Positions 9,812 through 21,431 of a stretch of 64,000 bases of DNA are shown here, piece after piece. The notes under the pieces were generated by a model. It searched no databases. It was not told the DNA's origin and saw only the letters and a list, made by a program, of their open reading frames with translations. Origin of the DNA: a bacterium (GTDB lineage: Bacteria; UBA8248); contig CBDCRP010000002.1 of assembly GCA_965221165.1 (NCBI GenBank), positions 448,001 to 512,000 of the forward strand, written 5' to 3'. The translations under genes were made by a program, and so were the position numbers. Every line of letters starts with the position of its first letter. The first letter of the stretch is position 1.

Positions 9812-11095
9812 CTAAAGCTCGGCGAACGCCTCTCGCGCGGCGGCCAGCGTGGCCTCCACGCTCTCATCCGTATGGGCGAAAGACATGAACCCTACTTCGA
9901 ACTGGCTCGGGGCGAATGCCACACCCCGTTTTAGCATAGAATGAAAGAATTTGGCATACCGCGCAGTGTCCGAGCGCATGGCGTCCGAGAAATTGCGAAC
10001 CGGACCTTCCTGAAAAAATGCGCAAAACATCGACCCGCAACATGCGCCGGTGAGCGGAACGCCCGCAGCCCGCGCCGCGTCGGCCATGCCCTCAGAGAGC
10101 GCTTTGACCCTCACGTCCAAGGCTTCGGGCAGTCCTAGTTCCTCGATGATTTTGAGCGTCTCCACCCCTGCAGTCATGGCCAGCGGATTTCCGGAAAGCG
10201 TGCCCGCCTGATAGACGGAACCCAGGGGGGCGACGCATTCCATCACGTCACGTCTTCCGCCATAAGCGCCCACGGGCATGCCGCCGCCAATCACTTTTCC
10301 GAGGGTCGTCAAATCGGGCGTGATTTCGAAAAGGGCCTGCGCACCGCCCCTGGCCACCCGAAAGCCCGTCATCACCTCATCGAAAATGAGCAATGCGCCC
10401 GCTTTTTCGGTTTCCTCCCGCAAGACTTGCAAAAAGCCGGGTTCTGGAAGAATGAGACCCATGTTGCCGGCTACGGGTTCGATGATGAGGGCGGCCACGT
10501 CCGCGCCTCGCCGGGCGAAGAAATCCTTCACCGCTTCGGCGTCGTTGAAGGGAAGCGTCGCCGTGTTTCGCGCGTAATCTTGCGGAACGCCCCCGCTGTC
10601 CGGCACGCCAAGGGTGGCGCCGCCGCTGCCCGCCTTGACGAGCAGCCCGTCGGCATGGCCATGGTAGCAGCCTTCGAACTTCACGATTACGTCCCGGGCC
10701 GTGAATCCGCGCGCAAGGCGGATGGCCGACATCGTCGCCTCGGTGCCCGAGTTCACGAAACGCAACAACTCCATCGAAGGGTATGCCGCGTTCACCAGTT
10801 CCGCCAATTCGGTCTCGAGAGCCGTGGGCGCGCCGAAACTCGTGCCGCGAGCCGCCGCTTTTTCAATCGCTTTCACTACGCGCGGGTGAGCGTGGCCCAG
10901 AATCAGCGGCCCCCAGGAGAGCACATAGTCGATGTAGGCGTTGCCGTCGGCGTCCCAGATTCGGTCGCCCTTCCCTTTTTCGACGAAAAAGGGCGTTCCG
11001 CCTACGCCCCGGAACGCGCGGACGGGGGAATCCACGCCTCCGGGGATGCGGTTTTGCGCAAGCGCGAATAATTCATCGGATTTAGGACGGTTCAC
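9812..11095 (-). CDS. hemL: Glutamate-1-semialdehyde 2,1-aminomutase
   Basis: IPGGVDSPVRAF, NSGTEATMSAIRLARG, FDEVMTGFR, GKVIGGGMPVGA. Confidence 0.97.
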   Translation of the reverse strand: MNRPKSDELFALAQNRIPGGVDSPVRAFRGVGGTPFFVEKGKGDRIWDADGNAYIDYVLSWGPLILGHAHPRVVKAIEKAAARGTSFGAPTALETELAELVNAAYPSMELLRFVNSGTEATMSAIRLARGFTARDVIVKFEGCYHGHADGLLVKAGSGGATLGVPDSGGVPQDYARNTATLPFNDAEAVKDFFARRGADVAALIIEPVAGNMGLILPEPGFLQVLREETEKAGALLIFDEVMTGFRVARGGAQALFEITPDLTTLGKVIGGGMPVGAYGGRRDVMECVAPLGSVYQAGTLSGNPLAMTAGVETLKIIEELGLPEALDVRVKALSEGMADAARAAGVPLTGACCGSMFCAFFQEGPVRNFSDAMRSDTARYAKFFHSMLKRGVAFAPSQFEVGFMSFAHTDESVEATLAAAREAFAEL

Positions 11096-11949
11096 AACAC
11101 ATATTTTCCAATCAGGTGACGCAGGCGTTCTTTCGTCTCATTCGGCATACGGGCAGGGTCGGTCATGAGGGCCGTCGCCAAAGAGCCCGCAAAGGGACTC
11201 TCACCATCGATTTCGGTCGCCGCTTCTTTGATGATCTTCTGCGCGAGCACGGCATTGCGTCTCACGAGGGCGACCACGGCCTCCACGCTCACCGCCTCTT
11301 CCTCCTCATGCCAGCAGTCGTAATCCGTCGCCAGCGCGATGGTGGCGTAGCTCATTTCCGCCTCGCGCGCGAGCTTGGCTTCTGGCATGTTCGTCATCCC
11401 GATGACCGAAGCGCCCCAATCACGGTAGCGAAAACTCTCCGCCCGGCTACTGAACTGGGGGCCTTCCATGCACACGTACGTGCCGCCCGCGTGCGCCGTT
11501 GCGCCCGCCCGAAGGGCCGCGCCCATCAGTATCTCGCTCAAAACCCCGCACACCGGGTCCGCTATGGAAACATGGGCGACGACGCCATCGCCGAAAAACG
11601 TGCTAATACGTGTTTTGGTGAGATCGATGAACTGGTCGGGAATCACGATGTGCCCCGGATGGATGTCTTCTTTCAGGCTGCCCACCGCGCTTACGGAAAT
11701 CAGCCACTCCACACCCAACTGCTTGAATCCGTGGATGTTGGCCCTGAAGGGAATCTCATTGGGAAGGAATACGTGCCCTCTTCCGTGCCTGGGCAAAAAC
11801 GCGATTCGCTTGCCGGAGAGCGTCCCCAGGACATAGGGGGCCGAAGGCGCACCGTAGGGCGTATCCAAGGCGCGCTCTTCCACTTCGCTCAACTCCGCCA
11901 TCTCATACAAGCCGCTTCCGCCGATGACCCCGATTTTCACTTCAGCCAC
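11092..11949 (-). CDS. mtnP: S-methyl-5'-thioadenosine phosphorylase
   Basis: IGVIGGSGLY, PRHGRGH, MEGPQFS, GMTNMPEAKLAREAE, TDYDCWH. GTG start after GAGGAG. Confidence 0.95.
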   Translation of the reverse strand: MAEVKIGVIGGSGLYEMAELSEVEERALDTPYGAPSAPYVLGTLSGKRIAFLPRHGRGHVFLPNEIPFRANIHGFKQLGVEWLISVSAVGSLKEDIHPGHIVIPDQFIDLTKTRISTFFGDGVVAHVSIADPVCGVLSEILMGAALRAGATAHAGGTYVCMEGPQFSSRAESFRYRDWGASVIGMTNMPEAKLAREAEMSYATIALATDYDCWHEEEEAVSVEAVVALVRRNAVLAQKIIKEAATEIDGESPFAGSLATALMTDPARMPNETKERLRHLIGKYVL

Positions 11950-11970
11950 TTTCAGGCTCCTCACGCACCA

Positions 11971-12981
11971 TCACCTCACCGAGGAGGCCTGGAGCATTCC
12001 CCTCTCGATCAGCACCTCGGCTATCTGAACCGCGTTGAGAGCGGCGCCTTTTCTCAAGTTATCCGCCACCACCCACAGGTTGAGCGTATTCTCCCGGGAA
12101 TCGTCCCGGCGAATGCGGCCGACATATACCGGGTCTTCCCCGTCCGCGTCTTTGGGCATGGGATATGCGAACGATTCCACATCATCCACCACTTCAACGC
12201 CCGGAGCGCTAGCCAGCAACTCCCGCGCCTCCTCCGGTGAAACGGGCTCATCGAACTCCACGTTCACCGACTCGGAATGCGCATTGAAAACGGGCACCCG
12301 CACACACGTGGCGCTGACGGCCAGGTGCGGCGCGCCCAGGATCTTTCGCGTCTCATCGACCATCTTCTTCTCTTCTTTCGTATGGCCGCCATCCAGAAAA
12401 ACGTCAATATGAGGCAGGCAGTTAAAAGCGATTTGATGGGGCATTTCCCTGGGGGCAGCGGCATCACCGTCGACCTGAGCCTGCATTTCATCTATGGCGG
12501 CTTGCCCCGCCCCGCTCACCGCCTGATAGGTACTCACCACTATCCGCTTGATGCGGGCGGCGTCGTGAAGGGGCTTGAGCGCCACTACGAGTTGAATGGT
12601 GGAGCAGTTCGGGTTCGCAATGATTCCCTCGTGTGCGGCCATCGCATCCGGGTTCACTTCCGGCACTACGAGGGGAACACCTTCATCCATGCGAAAGGCG
12701 CTGGAATTATCCACCACCACCGCCCCTGCCTTCACGGCGGCAGGCGCGAACTCCAGAGAGCGGGAAGCACCGCAGGAGAAAAGCGCCAGGTCCACGCCGG
12801 CAAAAGCGTCTTCCATGATTTGGCTTACGGGAAGTTCTGAATCCCGAAACGGGATTTTCCGACCCACGCTGCGCTCGCTGGCAAGCAAAACGAATTCTTC
12901 GGCGGGAAATTTTCGCTCCTCCAGAATCTTGAGCATCTCCCTACCCACGGCGCCTGTGGCTCCGGCGACGGCGACGCGCAT
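11971..12981 (-). CDS. asd: Aspartate-semialdehyde dehydrogenase
   Basis: GATGAVG, DNSSAFRM, ANPNCSTIQ, DNLRKGAALNAVQ. Start overlaps the leuB stop (TGATG). Confidence 0.97.
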   Translation of the reverse strand: MRVAVAGATGAVGREMLKILEERKFPAEEFVLLASERSVGRKIPFRDSELPVSQIMEDAFAGVDLALFSCGASRSLEFAPAAVKAGAVVVDNSSAFRMDEGVPLVVPEVNPDAMAAHEGIIANPNCSTIQLVVALKPLHDAARIKRIVVSTYQAVSGAGQAAIDEMQAQVDGDAAAPREMPHQIAFNCLPHIDVFLDGGHTKEEKKMVDETRKILGAPHLAVSATCVRVPVFNAHSESVNVEFDEPVSPEEARELLASAPGVEVVDDVESFAYPMPKDADGEDPVYVGRIRRDDSRENTLNLWVVADNLRKGAALNAVQIAEVLIERGMLQASSVR

Positions 12982-14069
12982 CACGATGCCCCTCCCGCGA
13001 GAACGGCGATGCGCGCGCCCATCTCGACGCAACTAACCGCCGTGGCGCCCGGCGTATGGATGTCGGGCGTTCTGAGGTTCTCATCCAGCGCTCCGGCCAC
13101 GGCCGCCTCGATGGCCTCGGCCAGGTCCACGCGCTTGAACGAGTAGCGGCACAGCATGGCGGCCGACATGATGGCCGCAATCGGGTTCGCCTTGTCCTGG
13201 CCGGCAATGTCGGGGGCCGTGCCATGAACCGGTTCGTACAAGCCAAATCCGGTCTCGTTCAAGTTCGCCGAGGCGAGCATGCCGATGGAGCCCGTGAGCA
13301 TGGAGGCGCAATCGCTCAGGATATCGCCGAACATGTTGCCCGTCACGATGACGTCGAATTGCAGCGGGTCGCGGATCAACTGCATCGCCGCGTTGTCGAC
13401 GTACATATGACTGATTTCGACTTCAGGGAACTCCCCGGCGACGTCTCCGGCGACCCTGCGCCACAGACGGCTGTTGTCGAGAACGTTCTCCTTGTCCACC
13501 GAGCAGAGTTTTTCCTCACGCACGGAGGCCAACTCGAACGCGAGACGAACGATTTGGCGAATCTCCCCCGTGGTGTACGTCATCGTGTCGACCGCTTTTT
13601 CCTCATCGAGCGAGAGCCGCTCGATGCCCCTGGGTTGGCCGAAATAAATGCCGCTCACACCCTCGCGCACGACGAGGAGGTCGAGGCCGCGAACCACCTC
13701 GGGTTTGAGCGAGGAGGCTTCCACCAGAGGATCGAACATGACGGCGGGCCTTAAATTGGCGAAGAGGTTCAACTCTTTCCTCAAGCCCAGGATAGCCTGC
13801 TCAGGGCGTTTGTCGCGCGGTAGCGCATCCCACTTCGGCCCTCCCACCGCGCCGAATAGCCCGGCGTCGCTCCGGCGGCAGAGAGCGAGGGTTTCCTCGG
13901 GCAGAGGCTCTCCCGTCGCGTCATAAGCCGCGCCACCGCAAAGCCCTAGCTCGAACTCGAAACTCGCGCCGAAGCGAGCGCCAGCCGCCTCCAGAACGGA
14001 ACGCGCCTGCGCCACTACCTCCTGGCCGATGCCATCGCCCGGCAAAACGGCTATCCGATAACTGCTCAC
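12981..14069 (-). CDS. leuB: 3-isopropylmalate dehydrogenase
   Basis: [41 protein letters not shown]. Confidence 0.96.
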   Translation of the reverse strand: MSSYRIAVLPGDGIGQEVVAQARSVLEAAGARFGASFEFELGLCGGAAYDATGEPLPEETLALCRRSDAGLFGAVGGPKWDALPRDKRPEQAILGLRKELNLFANLRPAVMFDPLVEASSLKPEVVRGLDLLVVREGVSGIYFGQPRGIERLSLDEEKAVDTMTYTTGEIRQIVRLAFELASVREEKLCSVDKENVLDNSRLWRRVAGDVAGEFPEVEISHMYVDNAAMQLIRDPLQFDVIVTGNMFGDILSDCASMLTGSIGMLASANLNETGFGLYEPVHGTAPDIAGQDKANPIAAIMSAAMLCRYSFKRVDLAEAIEAAVAGALDENLRTPDIHTPGATAVSCVEMGARIAVLAGGAS

Positions 14070-14084
14070 TGAAACACTCTCCTC

Positions 14085-14693
14085 TTATTGCTCTTGTCTC
14101 TCAAAATTCGTGACGTATGGCAGACACCGGGCCACTTCTTCAACCTGGGGGAGGTTGCCCCGCAAATTGGCGAGCATGTCCCACGTACCTGCCAAAAAGG
14201 CAGCTTTGCGCGTCTCCTGAATGGCGATGGGTATGACGCGCTCGCCGTAGCTGACCGCGGAATTCCTGATGTCCACGGTGAAGCGCGTCTCCGGCTCTTC
14301 TTGCGCCAGTTTGATCAGCGCATTCACGTCATCCGCCGACGCCACGCCAAGCGGCACACCGATGGCGAAGCAGTTTCCCGCGAAAATCTCCGCGAACGAT
14401 ATGCCGACGAGCACGGCGATGCCGAAGCGCTTGAGGGCCTGCGGGGCGTGCTCGCGCGAGGAGCCCGAGCCGAAGTTCTTGCCCACGAACATCATGCTGG
14501 CCCCCTTGTGAGCGGGGTTGTCCACAGGATGATCGGGCGTATTCTCGCGCTCATCGCAAAACAGCGCCTTCTCGATGCCCTCAAAGGTGATGGACTTGAG
14601 AAACCGCGCCGGCGTAATCCTGTCGGTATCGATGTCGTCACGGGGCATGGGAATGGCCCTGCCCACGATTTTTTCGATCTTTTTTGTGCTCAT
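14085..14693 (-). CDS. leuD: 3-isopropylmalate dehydratase small subunit
   Basis: DIDTDRITPARFL, NFGSGSSREHAPQAL, SFAEIF. Start trimmed to MSTKK. Confidence 0.93.
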   Translation of the reverse strand: MSTKKIEKIVGRAIPMPRDDIDTDRITPARFLKSITFEGIEKALFCDERENTPDHPVDNPAHKGASMMFVGKNFGSGSSREHAPQALKRFGIAVLVGISFAEIFAGNCFAIGVPLGVASADDVNALIKLAQEEPETRFTVDIRNSAVSYGERVIPIAIQETRKAAFLAGTWDMLANLRGNLPQVEEVARCLPYVTNFERQEQ

Positions 14694-14695
14694 GC

Positions 14696-16102
14696 TTATT
14701 CTCCCATCTCTCTGGGGTCCGCGATGCAGCCCGCAATCGCCGAGGAGACGACGACGACCGGACTGCCCAGGTGAGTTCTTCCGCGCGGGCTGCCCTGACG
14801 TCCGATGAAATTGCGATTCGAGGTGGAAATGCTTCTCTCCGCCCCCACGAGTTGATCCGGGTTCATGCCCAGACACATCGAGCAGCCTGCTTCGCGCCAC
14901 TCCGCGCCCGCTTCGGTGAAAATCTCGTGCAATCCTTCTTCTTCGGCCTGCTGCTTCACCTGCTGCGAGCCGGGCACTACCAGCATCCTGACGCTCGGGT
15001 GCACCTTGTTGCCCTTCAGCAGCCGCGCGCCCTCGCGCAAGTCGGAGATTCTCGAATTAGTGCAGGAACCCAGGAAGGCGACATCGACCTTCGTACCCAG
15101 AATCGACTCGCCCGGCTTGAGGTCCATGAATTCATAGCCGTGTTCCGCTGTCTTCCTGTCCTCGCCTGCGAAGCTGCCAACCTCGGGGAGCGGCTGTGAA
15201 ATTCCGACCGAATGCCCCGGATTGATGCCCCAGGTAACCATCGGTTCGATGGATTCGCCCGCAATCTCGTAGATATCGTCATATTCCGCGTCATCGCCCG
15301 AGGCGATATCCCGCCAGTACGCGAGGCCACTCTCCCAGGCTTCCCCTTCGGGGCTGAATTCGCGGCCCTCGAGATAATCGAAAGTCGTCTGGTCCGGATT
15401 CACATAACCGATGCGGGCGCCGCCCTCGATGCTCATGTTGCAGACCGTCATACGCCCTTCCATCGACATGTCGTCAAAAACGTCGCCACCGTATTCATAG
15501 GCGAAGCCAATGCCGCCCTTGATGCCCAGATCGTGAATGACCCGTAAAGTCACGTCCTTGGGTGTCACGCCGGGGCTGAGAGCGCCCGTAACCTCGATTC
15601 GCTTCACCTTTAAGCGGTTCAGCGCCAGGGTCTGCGTCGCCAGGACGTGGCCCACCTCGGTCGTGCCGATGCCGAAACCCAAAGAGCCCATCGCGCCGTG
15701 CGTACTCGTGTGACTATCGCCGCAGGCGATGGTCATTCCGGGCTGGCTGAGTCCCAACTCCGGCCCGATGACGTGGACGATGCCCTGCTTGCCGGAATCG
15801 AGATGCAAGAAGCGAACGCCGAACTCGTTCACGTTCTGCTCCAGGGCGGCCATCATCTTCTCGGCCTGCTCGTCCTCGTAGGGCCTTATCTGGCTGAGCG
15901 TAGGGATGATGTGATCCACCGTCCCCATCGTGCGGTCGGGGAAAGCGACGCCGGCGCCGATTTCCTTGAGCATCCCGAACGCCTGGGGCGTGGTGACCTC
16001 ATGGATGAGGTGCAGGCCGATGAAAATCTGGTCCTGGCCCGAATCGAGCTTGGCCACGGTGTGGGAATCCCAAACCTTATCGTACAGCGTGTTTTTCGAC
16101 AT
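14696..16102 (-). CDS. leuC: 3-isopropylmalate dehydratase large subunit
   Basis: [51 protein letters not shown]. Confidence 0.96.
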   Translation of the reverse strand: MSKNTLYDKVWDSHTVAKLDSGQDQIFIGLHLIHEVTTPQAFGMLKEIGAGVAFPDRTMGTVDHIIPTLSQIRPYEDEQAEKMMAALEQNVNEFGVRFLHLDSGKQGIVHVIGPELGLSQPGMTIACGDSHTSTHGAMGSLGFGIGTTEVGHVLATQTLALNRLKVKRIEVTGALSPGVTPKDVTLRVIHDLGIKGGIGFAYEYGGDVFDDMSMEGRMTVCNMSIEGGARIGYVNPDQTTFDYLEGREFSPEGEAWESGLAYWRDIASGDDAEYDDIYEIAGESIEPMVTWGINPGHSVGISQPLPEVGSFAGEDRKTAEHGYEFMDLKPGESILGTKVDVAFLGSCTNSRISDLREGARLLKGNKVHPSVRMLVVPGSQQVKQQAEEEGLHEIFTEAGAEWREAGCSMCLGMNPDQLVGAERSISTSNRNFIGRQGSPRGRTHLGSPVVVVSSAIAGCIADPREMGE

Positions 16103-16157
16103 GGCATTACCCTCGAAATGATCTACAGATTCTTACGCGTCATGTTGAAATTGAATG

Positions 16158-16976
16158 TCAAGAAACCGTTTTTGAGCGATCGAGACCTTCCCGCAAAGAG
16201 GCGATGTAATCGCGCGCCGCCCGCATCTTGTGCTCACGCGACGCTTCCGCCTCCATGACGTCTATCAGGGCGCTGCCCACGATGACGCCATCGGCGTGTC
16301 CGGCCACCTCCTCGGCCTGCTTGGGCGTCTTGATGCCGAACCCCACGAGGACGGGCCGATTCTTCACCCGGTTGATCTTCGTCAGGGTGACGCCCAAATC
16401 CGAATCCAGGGCGTCTCGCGCACCGGTGACACCCATCTGCCCGACGTAGTAGATGAAGCCTCCGCCCACGTCGTTCACCAACTCGATGCGCTCCTGCGTG
16501 CTCGTGGGCGCGAGCATGAAGACGGGCTCGAGCGGATAATCGTTCATGATCTCGACAAGGGTGCCCGCTTCTTCGGGCGGCAGGTCGGGCACGATGACGG
16601 CGTCGGCCCCCACCTGCGATGCGCCGCGCACGAATTCCGCCAGGCCCATGGCGATAATGGGGTTGTAATACGTCATCAGCACCAGAGGCGTATCTGGTAT
16701 ATCCGCGCGAACCTCCCCCACCATCTCCAGGACGCCGCTTAGGCGCGTTCCGCCCGCGAGCGAGCGCATGCTCGAGCGCTGGATGGTGGGGCCGTCCGCA
16801 AGGGGATCGCTGAAAGGAACCCCTATCTCGAAGCCGTCCGCTCCCGCCTCGGTCATGAGGGGCAGCAGATCCATGGTGAATTCCAGGTCCGGATCGCCCG
16901 CGGTGACGAACGGGAACAGACCGGCCCGGCCCTCCGTGCGCAAACGGGTGAAACATGTTTCCAGTCTATCGCCCAT
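16158..16976 (-). CDS. trpA: Tryptophan synthase alpha chain
   Basis: TAGDP, EIGVPFSDPLADGPTIQ, GFGI, ADGVIVGSA. Confidence 0.97.
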   Translation of the reverse strand: MGDRLETCFTRLRTEGRAGLFPFVTAGDPDLEFTMDLLPLMTEAGADGFEIGVPFSDPLADGPTIQRSSMRSLAGGTRLSGVLEMVGEVRADIPDTPLVLMTYYNPIIAMGLAEFVRGASQVGADAVIVPDLPPEEAGTLVEIMNDYPLEPVFMLAPTSTQERIELVNDVGGGFIYYVGQMGVTGARDALDSDLGVTLTKINRVKNRPVLVGFGIKTPKQAEEVAGHADGVIVGSALIDVMEAEASREHKMRAARDYIASLREGLDRSKTVS

Positions 16977-18193
16977 TATCGCACGTCCTCGTCATCGAGC
17001 ATTTCCGTCAAAAGCCCCTCCGCCTGATGCACGTCCTTGTCTCCCCGGCCGGAGAGGCAAAGCACTACGGTCTTCATCTCGCCCGCCTCTCTCGTCTCCT
17101 CGGCCAGGCGATCCAGATAGGAAATCGCGTGGGCGCTCTCGAAAGCGGGGATAATGCCCTCGAGCACCGAGAGTTGCTGGAAGGCCTTGAGCGCGTCGTG
17201 GTCTTCGACCGTCACGTAGCGCGCGCGCGCGGAATCTTTGAAATACGAATGCTCCGGCCCCACACCCGGATAATCGAGACCCGCGGAAACCGAATGCGCC
17301 GGGATGATCTGACCATCATCGTCATAGAGCAGGAACGTCTCGCAGCCATGCAAAACGCCAACGCGGCCGGCGGTCAAGGACGCCCCGTGCTCCTCTGTAT
17401 CCAGACCCCGGCCTCCGGCTTCCACGCCGATGAGTTCGACGTCCGCATCATCCACGTAAGGATGGAACAAGCCGATGGAATTGCTGCCGCCGCCCACGCA
17501 GGCCACGCAAGCGTCGGGAAGCCGGCCCTCGGCCTCGAGAATCTGGGCGCGCGCCTCGCGCCCGATGACGGACTGGAAATCGCGTATCATCTCGGGGAAC
17601 GGATGCGGCCCCACCACCGAGCCGATGATGTAGTGGGTCGTTCGCACCGAAGCCGTCCAGTCGCGCAGCGTCTCGTTCGTGGCATCCTTCAAGGTCTTGC
17701 TGCCCGAGGTGACCGGAATCACCCGCGCGCCCAGAAGGCGCATGCGGAACACGTTGAGTGATTGCCTGCCGATGTCCTCCTCGCCCATGTAGACGTCGCA
17801 TTCAAGACCAAAGAGCGCCGCCGCCGTGGCGGTGGCCACCCCGTGCTGGCCCGCTCCCGTCTCCGCGATGATCCGCGTTTTTCCCAGCCTCCTGGCCAGA
17901 AGGACCTGGGCGAGCGTGTTGTTTATCTTATGGGCGCCCGTATGGCAGAGGTCTTCGCGCTTGAGATAGACCCTGAGAACGCCCAGATGATCGGAGAGGC
18001 GCTCCGCCAGATAGAGCGGCGTGGGCCTGCCCACGAATTCCCTCAGATATCCGGCGAGTTCTTCGTGATACGCCGGGTCGTCCCGGGCCTCCTGATACGC
18101 ATCTTCCAGTTCCTCGAGGGCGGGCATAAGGGTTTCCGGGACGTAGCGCCCCCCGAACCGACCGAATCTACCCCTGGAGACCAATTCGTTCAT
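16976..18193 (-). CDS. trpB: Tryptophan synthase beta chain
   Basis: [46 protein letters not shown]. Confidence 0.98.
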   Translation of the reverse strand: MNELVSRGRFGRFGGRYVPETLMPALEELEDAYQEARDDPAYHEELAGYLREFVGRPTPLYLAERLSDHLGVLRVYLKREDLCHTGAHKINNTLAQVLLARRLGKTRIIAETGAGQHGVATATAAALFGLECDVYMGEEDIGRQSLNVFRMRLLGARVIPVTSGSKTLKDATNETLRDWTASVRTTHYIIGSVVGPHPFPEMIRDFQSVIGREARAQILEAEGRLPDACVACVGGGSNSIGLFHPYVDDADVELIGVEAGGRGLDTEEHGASLTAGRVGVLHGCETFLLYDDDGQIIPAHSVSAGLDYPGVGPEHSYFKDSARARYVTVEDHDALKAFQQLSVLEGIIPAFESAHAISYLDRLAEETREAGEMKTVVLCLSGRGDKDVHQAEGLLTEMLDDEDVR

Positions 18194-18840
18194 TTTCTCA
18201 TTTCCTCAAGTTCGGATATCGCCGCGCGCGCGTTTTGCACGAAACCCAGGACCCGCTCGGAGTCTTTGCGGCCCAAAACCGCGCCCTCCACCCCGCTGCT
18301 CGAATCCACGCCATAGGGCTGAACGCTCCTCACGGCTTCCCCCACGTTCTCGGGCTTAAGACCACCCGAGAGAATGATCGGCCTCGCATCGGACGCCTGC
18401 CGGGCCAGTTCCCAGTCGAAGGTCTCGCCCGTGCCCCCGAGCGCGCCCTTCACGTAGGCGTCCAGCAAAATGGCGCAATCGGGGAAGGCGTCTATTTGCG
18501 CTATCGTTCCGGGCCCTTTCACCCGCAAGGCCCGAATCACGCGCAAGCCCCGCTCGATGAGCCGGTGGCAATCCTCGGGCGTCTCATCGCCATGAAGCTG
18601 GGCCGCGTCCAAACCGACGCGACCGGCAATTTCCATGACGCGTTCGGGGGTCTCGTTCACGAAAACGCCCACCCGCGTCCCGAAAGGCGGCAGCGTCTCG
18701 GCTATCTCCCTCGCCTGCTCCACCTCCAGACATCGGGGAGTGCCCGGAACGAAATTCAGCCCCAGCGCGTCGGCGCCCGCATCCAAAGCGAATTCCGCGT
18801 CATCTACTGTCGTCACTCCACAAATCTTCACGCGGATCAT
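18190..18840 (-). CDS. trpF: Phosphoribosylanthranilate isomerase
   Basis: [29 protein letters not shown]. Confidence 0.96.
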   Translation of the reverse strand: MIRVKICGVTTVDDAEFALDAGADALGLNFVPGTPRCLEVEQAREIAETLPPFGTRVGVFVNETPERVMEIAGRVGLDAAQLHGDETPEDCHRLIERGLRVIRALRVKGPGTIAQIDAFPDCAILLDAYVKGALGGTGETFDWELARQASDARPIILSGGLKPENVGEAVRSVQPYGVDSSSGVEGAVLGRKDSERVLGFVQNARAAISELEEMRK

Positions 18841-19020
18841 GTTGCGAAATCCTCCCGAGCAGAGCAAGCATTTATAGCACAGAGTCGGAGCGCAAGCCTA
18901 GCGCAAAGGGTGCGATATGAGCGATAGGGGCAACAAGGCGAGAAGATTGTATCGGGCAAAGAGCGCGGGGCTAATGAGGCGTGAGGATGCAACCTCTACA
19001 GGAGGGGAAGAGGCGGACCG

Positions 19021-19734
19021 TTAGCCGCCACCGAGATACATCATCTTGACATCCTGGTTGTTCAGGAGTTCGTGGCCGCCGCCCTGATAGCGGTTCCTGC
19101 CGAGTTCGAGCACATAGCCGCGGTCTGAAATCTCCAGGGCGCGAGCGGCATTCTGCTCGACGAGCATGATGGTCAGCCCCTCCTTGGCGAGACCCACGAT
19201 TTTCTCGAACACTTCGGTCACGAAGCGGGGACTCAAGCCCAAGGACGGCTCATCGAGCATAATCATCTTGGGTCTCGTCATCAGGGCGCGGCCCATGGCC
19301 AGCATCTGCTGCTCACCGCCGCTCATGGTGCCCCCCAACTGTTTCTGCCGCTCGCCGAGGCGCGGGAAGAGCGAGAAGACGTAGTCCATCGATTCGTCGA
19401 TTTTCTTCTGATCGCGCTCGATATAGGCGCCCATCTCCAGGTTTTCCCTGACCGTCATCTGGTTGAAGACGATGCGCCCCTGGGGCACATAGCCCAGCCC
19501 CCGGCCCAGAATCTGATCCGGACGATAGCCCACGATGTTCTGATCCTCAAACTGGATCTCACCGCCCAGATAATTGATGAAGCCCATGATAATTTTGAAA
19601 GTAGTGGATTTGCCCGCGCCGTTCGGCCCGATGACGGCCACCACCTCTTTTTCGTTCACGTGGAGCGACACGTCGTGGAGTATCTGGATTCGGCCATACG
19701 CCGCGTTAACGTCCTTGAGATCCAATAGCGCCAT
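19021..19734 (-). CDS. livF: Branched-chain amino acid-type ABC ATPase (LivF-like)
   Basis: GPNGAGKST, MSGGEQQMLAMGRAL, LDEPSLGL. Confidence 0.88.
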   Translation of the reverse strand: MALLDLKDVNAAYGRIQILHDVSLHVNEKEVVAVIGPNGAGKSTTFKIIMGFINYLGGEIQFEDQNIVGYRPDQILGRGLGYVPQGRIVFNQMTVRENLEMGAYIERDQKKIDESMDYVFSLFPRLGERQKQLGGTMSGGEQQMLAMGRALMTRPKMIMLDEPSLGLSPRFVTEVFEKIVGLAKEGLTIMLVEQNAARALEISDRGYVLELGRNRYQGGGHELLNNQDVKMMYLGGG

Positions 19735-20460
19735 TTATCTGTGTCCAAAATATGCTTCGATAACGTCTTCGTTCGCCTGAATAGACTCGGGCAGGCCTTC
19801 GGCGATTTTCACGCCGTAGTCCAGGACGAACACCTTTTCGCAGTGATTCATGATGACGTTCATGTCGTGCTCGACAATGAGAATCGTCTTTCCCTGGTCT
19901 TCCTGAAGATGGTGAATATGGTCGAGCAGGTTGTTGAGCAGGGTTCTGTTGACGCCGGCCGCGGGCTCATCGAGGAGGATGAGATCCGGGTCCGTCATCA
20001 AGGCGCGCGCGAATTCGAGAAGTTTTTGCTGCCCATAGGAGAGGTTTCCGCCATACTCGCCGCGCAGTTTCGTGAGCGTGACGAACTCCATGAGTTCTGC
20101 CGCCCGCGCGCGCGCCTCCTTCAAGGGCATCTTCATGCTGGAGGCGGAGAGCATATTCTCGAACACCGTCATTTCGCGGTAGATGCGGGTAATCTGGAAG
20201 GTGCGGCTGATGCCCCTGTTGAAGACTTCATAGGGCCTCAAGCCGACGATATTCTCTCCGTTATAAAACACCTCGCCGCTGTCCGCTGCGAGAACGCCCG
20301 TGAGCAGGTTGAACGTAGTGGTCTTGCCTGAGCCGTTCGGTCCGATCAGGCCCGATATCTTCCCCCTGGGCACCTCGAAAGTGCACCCATCCACCGCCTT
20401 GATGCCGCCAAAGTGTTTTTTCAGGTCTCGAATATCGAGAGCAATTTCCGCTTCAGCCAT
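19735..20460 (-). CDS. livG: Branched-chain amino acid-type ABC ATPase (LivG-like)
   Basis: GPNGSGKTT, LSYGQQKLLE, LDEPAAG, EHDM, EAYFG. Confidence 0.88.
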   Translation of the reverse strand: MAEAEIALDIRDLKKHFGGIKAVDGCTFEVPRGKISGLIGPNGSGKTTTFNLLTGVLAADSGEVFYNGENIVGLRPYEVFNRGISRTFQITRIYREMTVFENMLSASSMKMPLKEARARAAELMEFVTLTKLRGEYGGNLSYGQQKLLEFARALMTDPDLILLDEPAAGVNRTLLNNLLDHIHHLQEDQGKTILIVEHDMNVIMNHCEKVFVLDYGVKIAEGLPESIQANEDVIEAYFGHR

Positions 20461-20481
20461 TTTTCCGCACTGCTCCGTCTC

Positions 20482-21420
20482 TTAGTGAACCATTCCCTTG
20501 CGCGCCCAGCCCTTATTGATGGCGTATCCCATCAGCCCGCGCGGCATGAACCGGGCCACGAGGATGATGAAGACGCCGAAGGCGATGAGGTGGGCCGTGG
20601 GGAACTCCACCCAAGTAATTTCCTGAACGATATACAAGATGAACGTGCCCAGGATGGGGCCAATCACCGTTCCCTTGCCGCCGAACATGGCGAAGAGCTT
20701 CATGAAGATGGTGATGAGGATGAAGAATTCGGTTTCGGGGTCGATATAGAGAATCTTGTACGCCTGAATGCCGCCGGCCGCCGCCGGGAAGATGGCGGAG
20801 AGCCCGAAGGCGGCGAGCTTGTAGAACGTGGTGTTGATACCCAGGCTCTCCGCAGCGATTTCGTCCTCGCGTATGGCGTTCAGGCGGATGCCGAACCTCG
20901 AGTGCCCTACCCAGTAGGACACGATGATGGTGACCAGCATGACCACCAGCATGGCGAAATACGTTTCAAACGAGTTCTCTATGTTGGGCAGCCCGATTCC
21001 CAGACCGCCGTGGGTAAGGCTCTCCCACACCGTGGCCACCACGCGCGTACCCTCCGCGGCGCCGAGCATGGCGATGGCGAAATATGGGCCTTTGAGGCGC
21101 AAAACCGGAAAACCGATACACAGGGAGACCACGAAGGAGACGAACACACCCACGAAAAGGGTCGGCACCCAATGCCAGCCGTAGTCCACCACCAGAATAC
21201 CCGTGGCGTATGCGCCGATGCCGTAGAACATCACATGGCCGAACGACACGTAGCCCGTATAGCCGCTGATGATGTTCCAACTCAGGGAGAGAACGACGTA
21301 CATCATCGTGAACATGATAACGGAGCGCTGATACAGATTGATCTGCGAGGGCAACGCACACAGGATGATTATGAATATGGCCAGCATTCCAAAGTTGCGC
21401 AGGTGCTCTTTTTGGGCCAT
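20482..21420 (-). CDS. livM: ABC permease (LivM-like)
   Basis: WNIISGYTGYVSFGH, LRLKGPYFAI, AIREDEIAA. Confidence 0.85.
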   Translation of the reverse strand: MAQKEHLRNFGMLAIFIIILCALPSQINLYQRSVIMFTMMYVVLSLSWNIISGYTGYVSFGHVMFYGIGAYATGILVVDYGWHWVPTLFVGVFVSFVVSLCIGFPVLRLKGPYFAIAMLGAAEGTRVVATVWESLTHGGLGIGLPNIENSFETYFAMLVVMLVTIIVSYWVGHSRFGIRLNAIREDEIAAESLGINTTFYKLAAFGLSAIFPAAAGGIQAYKILYIDPETEFFILITIFMKLFAMFGGKGTVIGPILGTFILYIVQEITWVEFPTAHLIAFGVFIILVARFMPRGLMGYAINKGWARKGMVH

Positions 21421-21431
21421 TCAGATCTCTC